Source: Lytechinus pictus (Eukaryota). From it: DNA of 64,000 bases. The notes below the pieces were generated by a model, which worked only from the letters and a program-made list of their open reading frames with translations, ran no database searches and was not told where the DNA came from. Position 1 is the first letter of the stretch; each line of letters begins with the position of its first letter. The stretch spans positions 20,152,001 through 20,216,000 of the forward strand of contig NC_087245.1 of the NCBI RefSeq assembly GCF_037042905.1, written 5' to 3'. Below, piece by piece: positions 47,410 through 60,616 of this stretch. A program made the position numbers and the translations under genes.

Positions 47410-48951
47410 GTTTAATACATTTAACAGATTTTATCAGGAACGAAATTTCACATGGGCGCATGGTTGGAATGGTTCTCCTAGACTTACAAAAAGCCTTTGA
47501 TACTGTAAATCATAACATACTTTTAAAGAAATTAGAAGTGATGGGTTTAGACTCTGCTTGTGTGACATGGTTTAGATCATATTTATCTAACCGTCATCAA
47601 GTAGTTACCATGCAGACGGTTCTTTCTGATTCACTGCCTATTAAATGCGGAGTCCCTCAAGGAAGCATTTTAGGCCCCATTCTTTTTATGTCTTACATCA
47701 ATGATATGTGTACTTGTATAAACGAATCTAAATTAATTTTATATGCTGATGATAGTGTCTTGCTATATTCAGATACAAATCCCAAGATAATTGATAAAAA
47801 ACTTAGTGCAGATCTGGCAAATTGCATTAAATGGATGTCTGACAACAAGCTTAGTTTACACGTTGGGAAAACAGAAAACATTTTATTTTGTTCGAAACGA
47901 AAGTTAAGATATACACACGATTTCAAGGTTTCATATAATAATCAGGTAATTGACAGAAAAGATTCAGTGAAATATTTGGGAATTAATTTAACAAGTAACC
48001 TATCATGGACGGGTTTGGTAGACTCAATCGTCAAAAAGGCAAATTCACGCTTGAAATTTTTGTATAGATATCAAACCTGTTTGAATATGAAGTCTAGACG
48101 TATTTTATGCTTTGCTTTAATACAATGTCTATTCGACTATGCTAATGCGGCTTGGTACGGTAGTCTGGGTGTTACGGATAAGAAAAAGCTAAGAATAATT
48201 CAAAATAAAATTGTGAGATACATAAATGTTTTAGGACCAAGAGCACATGTCGGATGTAAAGAACTTGAAAATGCAGGATTACTTCATGGAGATCACAGAT
48301 CACAACAATTAGTATTACACCACGTGCATAAAATATTCTATTCGGATACATTAGATCATTATATAGCAAATAATTTCACCCGTGTATCAAATATCCATAG
48401 GTACGGTACTCAAAATAGTAATTTTAATTTTGTATTACCAAAACGTGAAGGACATATAGGGAACACTTTTTATTTTAATGGCATCCAATCTTGGAATGCT
48501 CTTCCCAATCAAGTAAAAGCAGTTAAAATATTTTCTCAATTTAAGAGTGCATTAAAGAAGCACCTAAAACTGGAAGCTACCCGAGAGCAATATAACCAGT
48601 AAAAATCACACATTTTGTACAGTTGGTTTCTAGTATTGTAGATAATGTAGGGTATGTTGAAATATAATCTTGTTTCATATATTAGGAGGATTGTTGTTTG
48701 CTTCAGATGTTTGCATATTATTTGACTGATGGATACGTATGTATGTATTTTATTATTTAAAAAAAAAAACCATATTCTAGTACTTGTCGTAGTTTATACT
48801 TTTTGTTACAATATGTTAATGTTTTATACTAACTATAGGACCCCATTGGAAATAAGCCTTTCGGCTTTCATGGGCTACCTGTCAAGGTATTCTTCAATTT
48901 TATTGTAATCTCCTGTGATATTCTTGACGAATAAAATCAATCAATCAATCA
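47410..48951 (+). mobile_element. 5'-truncated CR1/L2-group LINE (RT fragment, ORF 47460-48602)
   Basis: LDLQKAFDTV, GVPQGSILGP, YADD, KYLG motifs; 3' UTR ending AATAAA-(ATCA)n at ~48930-48951. Confidence 0.88.
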
Positions 48952-51900
48952 GTAAACCAAAGACCCTTGTAGTATCTTTGAATAAACTGATATTATCAGC
49001 AGTTGTCATTTGCATAGCCTCTGGCAAAAGAAGAAGGACTCCACCTTTCGGTGGAAAATTGTATGGTGCTGGTTGATTATTGGATGTCTCTTATGTTTGA
49101 TATATTGTTTATCATATACATAGGCCTATGTTTTTAGGAAACGATTATTTTGAATTCACTGAACAATGTATTCATCATAGGGTTTTAGGCAACACCTGAC
49201 GTGTAGGTGTAGCTCAATAATTTTGCGAGATTCTTAGAAAGATAAACAAGGTTCATTATCACCGCATTATCAGCTGTAGTCATCTTCATCATGAAGACAT
49301 GTACAATATTATTGGTTGTGACCTTACGGAATTTTTTTTCCAGGGCCATGAGAACGATTTTTTGACGAGTAAAAAGCAAGGAAACAATCAAACAAACAAA
49401 ACAAAAAATGCAATCATGTATGCCAAAACGGTGTGATTAAACATTAACTACCCCCTTCACATAAAGTTATGTCAACAAAAGTTATTAATGAGCTTTTGGT
49501 GATATAAAGATAAGCATAGTTCATTATCAGCTGCTGTCATCTTTATCATGATGACCAGTACAAGTAGATGTGACCTTACGAAAAAGGACGCCAGTTTTAA
49601 GCTTTCATGTAAATTTTTTCCCAAGGAGCCATAAAACGATTTTGTTCGTGGGTTTGTCGTCAGACAAAAAAAAAGAAAGATTATTTCTCCTAGTTTACTG
49701 AGATTCGTTGGGAGCAATAACATCCCTTTTTGGCTTGCTTGTCCATCTTATTTCCAGGGGGTGCTGTCTATGGTAAATTGAAAACGCAGCACCCCCTGAA
49801 CAATCTTGGGAGGTTCTCCAGCACCCCGTTTCCAGGGCAATGATTTTTTTTCCTTCATCTTTTAAGTCCTTACGTTTTATCGTGCTTATCAGACTGTCTT
49901 TCAATTGAAATCAATTCATATCAATCTTCCAGTTTCTTCTATCATGTATTGTATATAAATTGAAAATGAAAAAATACTCTGAATGTCCCATCCTGGTTCC
50001 ATTGCACAATCTCAATCTAATGAAATTGAACGTTGACCAGTTGCATTGTCGATAATGTTTTTGCTATTTCCATGGAGCACTGAGCGCTTTTTTTTCATGA
50101 TGGAGTGCTGAAAGCTCGATTTTTGACATGATATTTATAAAAAAATATATCATATTTCACCCTTTTTCTTTCCCTTTTCTTTCTTTTCTCCTTTTTTCTT
50201 TGTCATGAAACTTTTAGTTGGTCCATGGCCCCATGCCCACATCTCCACATCGGCAGGAGTGGGGTAGAGGTGGAGGTAAAATAATGCGAGCGCGAAGCGC
50301 GAGGTTAAAATAAAATTATCGAAAAGTTGACATGAAAATGAGCCATTTTGAGAATATTGTTTAATTCTCCATCCATCAGTTTCCAACAATTTCTGATAGG
50401 AATCTTTCATTCAATAACAACAATCGTAAGAAAATTCCGAAAAATTGATGGTCATCACGCGTAGGCCTATACGTCAATCAATATCACCATCACGATCATG
50501 ATTATCATGTACTTCCTCCTTATCGTCATTATCATACTGGTCATATGATTCATCATAAATATTATGATGTTCGTCTGTAAATTATTGGGGGATGATAACG
50601 CAGGCCACCCTATTCTTCTTTTCTTTTCCCTCTCTTTTCCTTTATTCTCTTTTCTCTTTTCCTTTGCCTTATTTTCCTTGTTTTATTCTTGGAAGTTTTA
50701 TGACGTTCTATCGAACCCCCGTCCCCGACCCCCATGTCTAAGGGCTTGCAAATAAAGTCTTATTCTGTTTACAAAGATCACTTCCCAAAATGTCGTCATC
50801 ATGGTTAACATACTGCGGTTCACCTAAGTATTCCGTATATTTCCCGTCCCTCAACCAAAGTCTTCCTGTTCAATTTTGCAGAGTAGGTTTGACACTAGAT
50901 TAGGTAAGAATAAACAGCCCATTTCCCATTTGGGAGTGCAACGTATGATATGCATTGGTCCAGTTATTCATCCATCTTTATAGTTTTTCCCCCCATACGA
51001 AACATAGACAGAGAAGCTTAGACTATGGGCAGCCAGTCGGATGATAACAACTAGCGGAAAAGTAGAAACCCCATTGGGAAATATACTAAATTGATTGATA
51101 AGATACTGTGACATAAGAAATCTACTCACCCAATGACTTTGCAGATGATTATCCCTTTATATCTCCATGGCAACGATGGATTTTACACGAATTGGTATTA
51201 GTCGGGACCAACCTGACGCAAAGGTGTGTATAAAGTGCATGTTTACGGCGACTGCAAGCTTGACTTGTTTAAAACCCACAAATCCATCACTTTACTATAA
51301 ATCGCATCATTTTTAAGTATCACTTAAGCATCTCCCGTCAAACAATGCATTTGATTTCCCCTCATTTTCCCTTTTTTTCTTTCTAGCTGTTTTCATCCCA
51401 GTCGTGACGTAATGCGTGGGGAAAGTGATAAGATATTAAGATCTATTCACTTATTATCGTGGGTGATCTTCGCTTTATATTTTGTTTATGAATTCACAAA
51501 ACTTTGTAGTGACGGGAAATTTGTGTCAGGTGGGGTGCACAGTTCAAACTGTTTGGAGCCATTGAAAAAAGAAGTGAAACCAAAAGGCTCGCCCTGAAAA
51601 AATAATATAAATATCTCAATACTTTGTAGAACACACTTGCTAACTTGCGGGTGGTTCCAGGGAGCTCTGACCGTTGCCACCACCTATCGTTAAAAAGTGA
51701 TGTTTTAACGTTATTCATCGAATTTATTTCTTTTCGCCTAATTTCCATCGAATTCCTTAGATACATGGTCGTTTAAATTTTGTCTTTTTTTGGGGGGTAC
51801 GCCAAGTTCATATTTTGAAAATAATTAGTAATTAAAAACTTTTCTTTTATGTGACGCTCTCCCTCGTCTCCCAATAGGAAACCGTACACTGCAAAAACTG

Positions 51901-52086
51901 CGGTGTTTATTTAACACCAGTCCTGAATCTATATATGACCACACCAGAGAAGTGTTAAAACAACATCGGTTTGAAATTAAATCGATGTTGTTTTAACACT
52001 AATTGGTGTTGTATAAACACCTATCTGGAATTAGTCCAAAACCAAACCGGTGTTGTTGGAGCATTTCTCTGGTGTGGTCATATATA

Positions 52087-54090
52087 AACCCCTCAAAAAA
52101 GTTTGGAAATCTGTGTTTGGCCATTAATTTCTCCCAACTCCCAATTTTACACAATGCATATTTTATATCATTCAAAAGATCATTTAATTCACTTTAAAGT
52201 GATACCATGCTTGTTATGATCATGCCATCACAAAAGGAGCAGGATTCAAATGTGTTGGATGAGGTCTGAATTGAAAGTTGCAAAACGAGTAAAAAAAGTT
52301 TGGAAATCTAAGTTTGGCCATTAATTTCTCCCAATTTCCAATTTTACACAATACAAATTTTATATCATTCAAAAGATCATTTGATTCTCTTTAAAATGAT
52401 ACCATGCTTGTCATGATCATGCCATCACGAAAAGAGCAGGATTCAAAAGTGTTGGATGAGGTCTGAATTGAAAAGCTGCAAAACGAGCAGAAATAGTCAT
52501 GAAGGGTCAATACAGAACATGATTCTTTTGTCTGTCAATAGAGATGAAAATCCATTCAAATCAATCCCCTGCTTCTGTAGTGATGGTTCTGTAAGATAAC
52601 ATGGTTTGAGTCGCGGTTTGAAATACTCATGCATGCAGAGGCGTCGATCCTAGGGAGGGGGGGGGGCGATCGCCCCACCAATGAAAATATTGGGGGGGGG
52701 GGCAAACATATCGTTTTGCCCCCCCCCCCCAATAATTCCGTATGCATGTGCAAAAATAAAATAAGATTGCAGTGTTACACATAAATCAGCAAGCGAGATT
52801 GAGATACACAACTCGTTCTTTATTTAAAATCGTGCTCAAAATGTCCGTTTTTCAGATTGGAATATAAAAATTTTCAGCTCGCGCTTCGCGCTCGCATCAT
52901 TTATGTACCAAAACCCATACTTTTCATGATTAATTAGGTGAACAGAATGTCCCGTTCTCAGTTCTAAACCTAAAAAGAACTCCCGCTCCGATTTGCAATA
53001 ATCTTTTGTTGAATATATATCTTGTTCTTTATTAAAAACGTCCATTAACCTGTCAATTTTTTCAGATCGAAATATCAAAATTTTCAGCTCGCGCTTCGCG
53101 CTCGCATCTATTGTTATTTTAGATACCCATCCTAATCATTGGTACCAAAAATGAATCTTTTAGGTCAGAATATAAAGGAATTTCAGCTCGCTCTCGTTAC
53201 TCGCATTATCTGTGTAGTGAGATATGTATATCCTCCACATGAGTTACTGCTACAAACAGTCCTAAACAGGTACCATTCCTGTTTTCAGGTCAGCATTCTA
53301 AAAAATTTCAGCTCGCGCTTCGCGCTCGCATTAATTTGTTGGTGAGATATGTGTCCGAGTCTCTTTCTCACATATATATATAATTAGGCCTGTGTGTGTG
53401 TGTGGGTGAGTTTGTTTGGTGTGATCGAGCGCCTTTAGAACGATTCATGATTTTGCCCCCCAATCTGAAAAATGGATCGACGCCCCTGCATGCATGTTTG
53501 TTTGTTTGTTATGTGTTTGCTTGTGCAGAGGTGTGTTTGATTCCATGTTAATGTTGATGTTAAGGTGCATGAAAATAATTAAAAGAAACCGCTGAGAAAC
53601 TCACTCATCACCACTGAAAAAAGAACAGTGACTTTCAATATTGTGTCATTTTGCAACTTTTGAATTTTGACCTTGCCCCACATTTCAAGGCACTGCACCT
53701 CCATGTGAACGATAATCACATCATGTAGGGTATTATTTTAAAGAAAATTAAATAATCTACTCATTAATATTAATTACACATTGATATGTACTAGAACCGA
53801 TGAGGAATCATCTATCAAAGTCAAAAGAAACCGCTGAGAAACTCAATCATCACCACGGAAAAAAGAACAGTGACTTTGAATATTGTGTCATTTTGCAGCT
53901 TTTGAAATTTGACCTTGCCCCACATTTCAAGGCACTGCACCTCTATGTGACCCATAATCATATCATGTAGGGTATCATTTTAAAGAGAATAAATGCTCTA
54001 TTAATTAATATTGATTACACATTTATATTTACTAAAACCGAGGAGGGTTAATCGATCAAAGTCAGATTTCCAAACGTTTTTTGAGGAATT
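52087..54090. mobile_element. Tc1/mariner-like non-autonomous element with subterminal ~200-bp and ~243-bp tandem duplications
   Basis: TIR CCTCAAAAAA(C)GTTTGGAAATCTG; TA TSD; repeats at ~52095/52293 and ~53581/53824. Confidence 0.72.
52636..53488. mobile_element. hAT-like MITE with GCGCTTCGCGC repeats
   Basis: TIR CAG(A/G)GGCGTCGATCC; TSD CATGCATG. Confidence 0.85.
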
Positions 54091-54497
54091 TAGATTCCGG
54101 ACTGGTGTTAAATTAACACCGCAGTTTTTGCAGTGTAGTATAAACTCCGCCTCCTGAAATTGTTTGCTTCGTTGCACCACCGCGGTGCACCGGTAGGACA
54201 GCACAATTTCGCCCGGCAGTGCCCCAGTGGCAGGTTTGTGATGAAGCGGAAGAAATATGCTTGATATTTTATCATGTGTAAGATTATTTGGTACAATTTT
54301 AGGTAAAAATGCAATTTCGTGAGGACAATTTTCGAGCGACATCGCGTATTTACAGCATTTTGCGTTATTTTACAAAACATTCGTGCACTCTCCTACTTTA
54401 ATCAATACTGTGTAAAAAATTATATTCTTAAAAACGGAGTGCCAAATTCAAAACTTTAAGAGCTCGTATAATCCATTTTGATTCATAGCACTTTGGG

Positions 54498-54752
54498 TGC
54501 TAAACACACACTGACACGTCCACCCAACTCACACCCACACACTGCTAAACACACACAGACACTTTCACCCAACTCACACCCACACACTGCTAAACACACA
54601 CATACACTTCCACCCACCTCAAACCCACACACTGCTAAACAGACACTTCCACACACTGCTAAACACACACGGACACTTCCATTCACCTCAAACCCACACA
54701 CTGCTAAACACACACAGACACTTCCACCCACCTCAGACCCACACACACACAA
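54498..54752. repeat. ~45-bp CA-rich minisatellite
   Basis: CTAAACACACACAGACACTTCCACCCA(A/C)CTCA(A/C)ACCCACACACTG units, 5-6 copies. Confidence 0.85.
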
Positions 54753-54914
54753 ATAAAACCCACAAAAAGTACGTGATGTGCGAAATGAAGCAACCAAAGG
54801 TGCTGTGTTTAGCATTAAAAGTGCTGAAAATCAGCTCACCTGAGAACATTCGCTATAAAGTGTTAAATTTAACACTTTATTTACTTTGGATTAATTTAGA
54901 GTGTGCATCACCAT

Positions 54915-56095
54915 CAGTGGCGTACCGTGGGTCACGGCATTGGGGGGGCACCAGCAAAAATTTTGAGTCACTAAGTGAGCGCGCGAAGCGCGCTCAGTTG
55001 CCAGGTATACTGACCAAATAGAGACATTTTAAGGACATAGCTATTAAACGGATATTCTCTCACTGGTCAAATAATGCGAGCGCGGAGCGCGAGCTTAAGA
55101 TTTTTGATATTCAGACCTAAAAAGAGACATTATAATCAATCTTTTGTAATCATGATACGTACCTGTCTAAATAATGCGAGCGCGAATCGCGAGCTGAAAT
55201 TTTTGTAAATATTGACCCCAAACAGGACGATTTTAAGGACTATATTTTAGGAATCCATTAAGAGTATACACATCTCACCATAGTCATCTAATGCGAGTGC
55301 CAATAAGCGCTTGCTGATTTTGTTATAATTACATTTAAACATGCTCATAAAGCACTTGTTATCATGATTAACATACCCATCTTACTAATCAAATCTTGCG
55401 AGCGCGAAGCGCGAGCTGAAAATTTAGGAAATTCAGACCTGAAGAGGGGCATTTTAAGGCTTGTTTGTAGGAATTCACGGAGACTATACATGGTTTATAA
55501 CCAAATGATGCGAGCGCGAAGCGCGAGCTGAAAATTTTTGATATTCAGATTAGAAAAAGGGACATTTTAAGGACTGATTCTAGGAATTTATGGAGAGCAG
55601 ACATATTTCACCAATCCACTACTGCGAACGTAAGCACGGACAGGAAATGTTTTATATTAAGACCTGAAAATGGGGCAATCTCTTTAAGTAGTCATGAAAA
55701 AGAAGCATACTATAATAAAACAATAATAACTCAAAATGCGAGGAAATATATTTGGCAGCTTGGTGTATGTTGACTTGAAAACGGGAGGTTTTAGTATAAC
55801 AGGATTATATTTCTCGGTAAACACACAATGCGAGCACCAGGAACAATGAAGACATAGGCCCTGAGCAAATTATGTTTCATAAACTTATTAAAGAAAATGT
55901 TTCTTATGTATTTTAATATAACATAATTATGATATGATATAAAATTATAATGAACAATAGTGTCTTCTTTCCCACTACGTTTCTCTTCCTTTCTCCCTCT
56001 TTTTCTCCTTTTCCCCGTTTTTTTTTTTTTTTTTTTGGTCAGCCGATTGGGGGGGGCACGTGCCCCCCCATGCCCCCCCCGTAGTTACGCCACTG
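54915..56095. mobile_element. hAT-like MITE, same family as 4675-5628 (opposite orientation)
   Basis: TIR CAGTGGCGTA/TACGCCACTG; TSD ATCACCAT; colinear similarity to the reverse complement of 4675-5628. Confidence 0.87.
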
Positions 56096-59000
56096 ATCAC
56101 CATGATCATATTGTTTTCACGGTGTGTTTCGATTTACCTTTTTCTTAATAGATAAACACGTTTTTAGTTTATTCTTGAAGATAAGATAAGCATAGCCCAA
56201 ATATAATTATTTTTATTTGTTATGTGAAACTATACATAATATGCTAAATCAGCGCTTTTAAGAGCTCGAATAGTGACTGCGACTCAGATTGATTTTATTT
56301 ATTAATCTCCGTTTCATATTTGTACATGATAAACAAAACGAGTCCAAAATATTACAAGACACAATATCATATCAGTTGTTGATTTACTATAGTGTTTGGG
56401 GTGCGCTGGGTAGCAAGTCACGAGTTGTTACTATCTCGTCAGGTGCTGCGGATCAGCACTTGAAGTGCTTGAGCTCTTAAAAGAGCTGATTTAGCTCTTA
56501 ATTTTTTTTTTTGGGGTGTATAAAGTTGTAAGTACAATTTCTCTATCCATGAACTCCCTAATTCATTTGAAATATCAGAAGGGCCATCAATGGTGAGAAA
56601 CCTGCTAACGGTTTATTCGATTCGTCATATTCCAAAATAGTATCTTTTTCTTATTTTCATCATTCTTGTTTGATGTTCAATACATAATGTGGGTGGTATT
56701 GAGGTCATTTGCGAGTTAACATCCGATAATCACGTTATATTTTAGCCTTGGTATACAATTACGTAACGTCTGGGCACGTCAACCCCTTATGAAAACCTTC
56801 CAGGTTCATTTATTGTCAAATGTGTTACTTTTCCCTTTGATCGCAATCACCTATTTTTTTTTTTTCGTGTCCATACAAATAAATATTTATCAACATTAAT
56901 TAGCATCTATCATAGTAATGTAGATTTTATCTTTCAATGACAAAGCCACGTCATTAATTCATATACCTCTTTTATTTTAACCGAAGGAGATATATCTTAT
57001 TAAACAGATTATTTTATCCCGTTTGTTTGATTGAAAAATGGATTGAAATTGATAAAGTGGGACGGGCATGGTGTTTGCTTCTTCTTCGTTATCAGGTTCG
57101 TTTCATGGTCTGTTGTTTTGACACTTCCTATTGCTCTATTAGCTATCCTTCCACGTTGTGTTATTAATGGAAATATGGAGCCTTCCATGTACTTCTTAAT
57201 CCTCTTAATTCCACCTCCACCAACCGCCCATGAACCTCTGTCCCAATATCCTGACGCCTTTTTCCACCTCTCTCTTCTTCTCACTCTAACCCCCTCTCCC
57301 CCCCTCTGATCCACTCCTTCCCCTTTCCCACTCCCCCAACCCGTCTTTGATTCCACCTCACATCCTTCTCTTTCTCCCCTCTCTACATTTCGTCCCTTTT
57401 TTACTATCTCTAAATACATCCGACCTATTTTTTTTCAAAGTCTTAAGTGGAATTATCTTCAGATTTCTTGGTCCTTTTAGTCACTTGATTGTTCTTAAAT
57501 AAGATGCATAAAGAAAGAAAACAAATATTGTCAAATCTCCTTTAAAAATGTTGTTTTCATAGTTTAAAAAATTACATTCAACTTGATTAGATTCATTATA
57601 AGAATATGTAGATTGGATTTTTTTTGTTTACAAAAACGTGACGCATTCAAAGAAAAATAAGTAAAAAATAAATTATTAGTTATAATGTATATGCTTTACC
57701 GTAGTGTACGTCACCAAAGTCGATAACATTTTGTCACTTAAAAGTAGTTAAAGATTGTAGAAAAACATATATTTACACTTCATCCTCATGACAATTACTT
57801 TGTATACCGCCATCACTATAAAAATCAATAAAATGTTATAATCATGATAGTACTAACGTTTAATATGGAAAACATAATTATAAAAGAAAACTAGATGAAT
57901 AAAGACAAATTTAAACCTTTCATCAAAAATCAAACGTTTTTCTTTATTTTTCTCTTATGTCACAATGTAAAGGACTCTTTTTACAATATGTTTAAATCAG
58001 ATCTTCGAGCAAGCAGATACAGCCACTACAATATACAATATAAATAATACATCACTTAAAAGTTCTTCAAATAACAGTAATAATCTAGATATTATTTTAT
58101 TACTTTATGATTTATTAATTTATGTAAAGCATGATAAAAAAGAAACTGTTTTGCCAGGTGTTACGACACATTAAATTGATCACGAATAATTTGCATTTTA
58201 ATAAACTATGTGACATTCATCAAAACCAAACTTGTTAAATCTGAAAATATCACTTTTTTCATAACAATTTTTTTTTACTGGAGCATAATTTTAGGTAATC
58301 TATGTTCTTTAAGGAATAAACCCCTTTGATTCCACTCTCGATGTTGTAGCAGATTATGAATGCATCATAGTGAATTCGTACAAAATCAATTTGTCAAATG
58401 TATGTATGAATTATGATTATTATCACTATCAGTAAAATGTTATATTTCAAATATGAAATGGTCGGAGGCAAAAAATGATGAACATATTACTACAGTATAG
58501 ATTAGATAACCACACGTCACAATAATATGCTCTGACACTGCAACTGCAATTGTATGGATCACAAAAATATATAAAAACCGTTATCATGAAAAAATACTAA
58601 TTTTTCAATCTCAAGTAAGGCTTAAATAAATCCTTACATAAGACAATGTACTTTTTTAAATCACAAGCTGATTAAAAGAAAACATGATAATGTGAGCGGA
58701 TTCTTTTTTAAACAAAATCGTTCAATGGTTTATTCTAAATGCTTGTGTATAGATGAATTAATTTTACGAGGGATGTCGAACTGTGGCTCTGCTGGGCAAT
58801 CAAAAATGATATACCTAACATGTATGTATTTATTGAAGTTTAAAATGACTACCGACTTAAAATAGAATATGAAATCATTTGTATTCAGTAAAGTAATTAA
58901 GAGTACAAAGAATTACACAGAAGTAAAAAAGAAATGTGCTTTTTATGATGACACTGTTAGTTACAAGGCTTACACGCATATTTCTGGAGGCGAGGAATAC

Positions 59001-60616
59001 GCCGGCGAGGATTTAACTCTGAAAAACAAGGATGGGGTAGTTACGTAAAAATAGTATGGATCATTGTTCACTGTTTTGATCTATACTTGAATAAAGTTTC
59101 AATTTAATGAAAATATGCAATCTTCCTTGGGAAGGAAGATTGACAATGGAATATAAAACGGGTGTTAAAATTTCTGGTGAAGGGGACCACTGTAGCACTC
59201 TCCTCTGTGTATATACTATACTTTTTCCTGTATTACCCCCTTACGAAAAAAGACTGTCATATAAAGATCGACGATAAAAAATCACTGGGGTTGTAACTGT
59301 ATATGAAAAATTGTTTTAGACCACTTCAATATTCATGTTAAATATCATGTCATGTATTGTTAAAATAAATCACATTCCACTGTATTTTAGTTTTATATTA
59401 ACGTATATATATGGTTTTGTCTTGTTATCGATATATTAATCTATAAAACATTACATTCACGATAGTCTTCTCACTTAAGGGAAAATTGCCTTCTTAGCAT
59501 AGAATCAGGTAAGTAATGCACATTTAAATATCGATTTATCATGCTTAAATGTCATTTGCTTGTACATAAAACAGGAGTATAGAATTCTCTCCTGTAGTCT
59601 CATGCGTTTATTTATGATCATTCTGTATGACACATCACATCACGCTACCTGAGTTTAATTACCTTCACCCAAGCCTTAACACATTATTGGCATTGGCGTT
59701 GATTCCTTGTACGATTAAAACTCCGATGAATTATTACATCTATACATTCATCCACTGTAAAATCAGTATATAAAGATAAATTCTAAATAGACGTATGATA
59801 CATTGATTTGATTTTATGTCTTAGATTTCTGAGGTTGTTATTTATGATCCAGGGTCTTTTCTATCTAAGCATTCTCTTTACTCCAAGTTTCATATGAGCA
59901 ATATATTTCCCTTCATGAACAAGTGTTGAAAGGGTTTAAGGGCGTAGGTGTGATATATGTACTAAATCACAAGAGATGTGATTAAAACGAATTTCGAACA
60001 CATAAACGAGGACGAAAATACCCTTTAGTGATAATTATAGTAGTTGGCTTTCACATGAAACCATGTGTGATTGATGTTTGCAAAATACGAATGAAATCTA
60101 AGATTACATACTGCATTGAAGATACCGAGTTAGCATCTCATATTGATATATCTATCTGCAAAAGTATAATTTCCACAGGTAATAAGTTATGAGGTGCCAA
60201 TATTGAAATATATATAGTGCATTAAGGCATTAATTTTCCAAAGAAAATGATACTAATTTACAAAGTACTAAAAACATGAACGAAACAATATATTACATTT
60301 AAAGATCGATAGACCATGTCAAGCATTCTCATATATCATTCGTATAGAATTTTTTTTAAATTTTAGAATTGGCTTAGTTTCATTCTCATATTCAATTTTA
60401 TTCTAATATATAATGCAATTTTCTTTTTTTATCGGTTAGGAAGTTCCCCTTTTTTGATATACCTAGGTACCATTAAACAAAACTTATTTCGATTCCATAG
60501 GATTTTTGTAAATTCTTAAAGTGATTCAAAGCATTTACCTTTATATTTTTTGTAATTTTTCATTATTTTTTGAAAAGCATTTTTCATATGGTAAATGGGG
60601 AAGTGATTTATCGTTG

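Larger units (their letters stand above)
51887..54135. mobile_element. EnSpm/CACTA-like foldback MITE split by nested insertions
   Basis: TIR CACTGCAAAAACTGCGGTGTT; TA flanks; the right arm is restored when 52087-54090 is removed. Confidence 0.78.

Noticed and set aside
51100..51700. RFX X-box-like CTCCATGGCAAC (~51163), CRE-like motifs and splice-like sites suggesting a hidden gene or enhancer
   Set aside because: No coherent exon chain or recognisable protein; short motifs can occur by chance, so functional data would be needed.
54478..54815. His/Thr/Pro-rich and Cys/Val/Gly-rich ORFs (metallothionein- or keratin-like appearance)
   Set aside because: Translations of a 45-bp CA-rich minisatellite.
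57009..57419. 136-aa Gly/Glu/Arg-rich ORF
   Set aside because: Derived from a low-complexity CT-rich tract.
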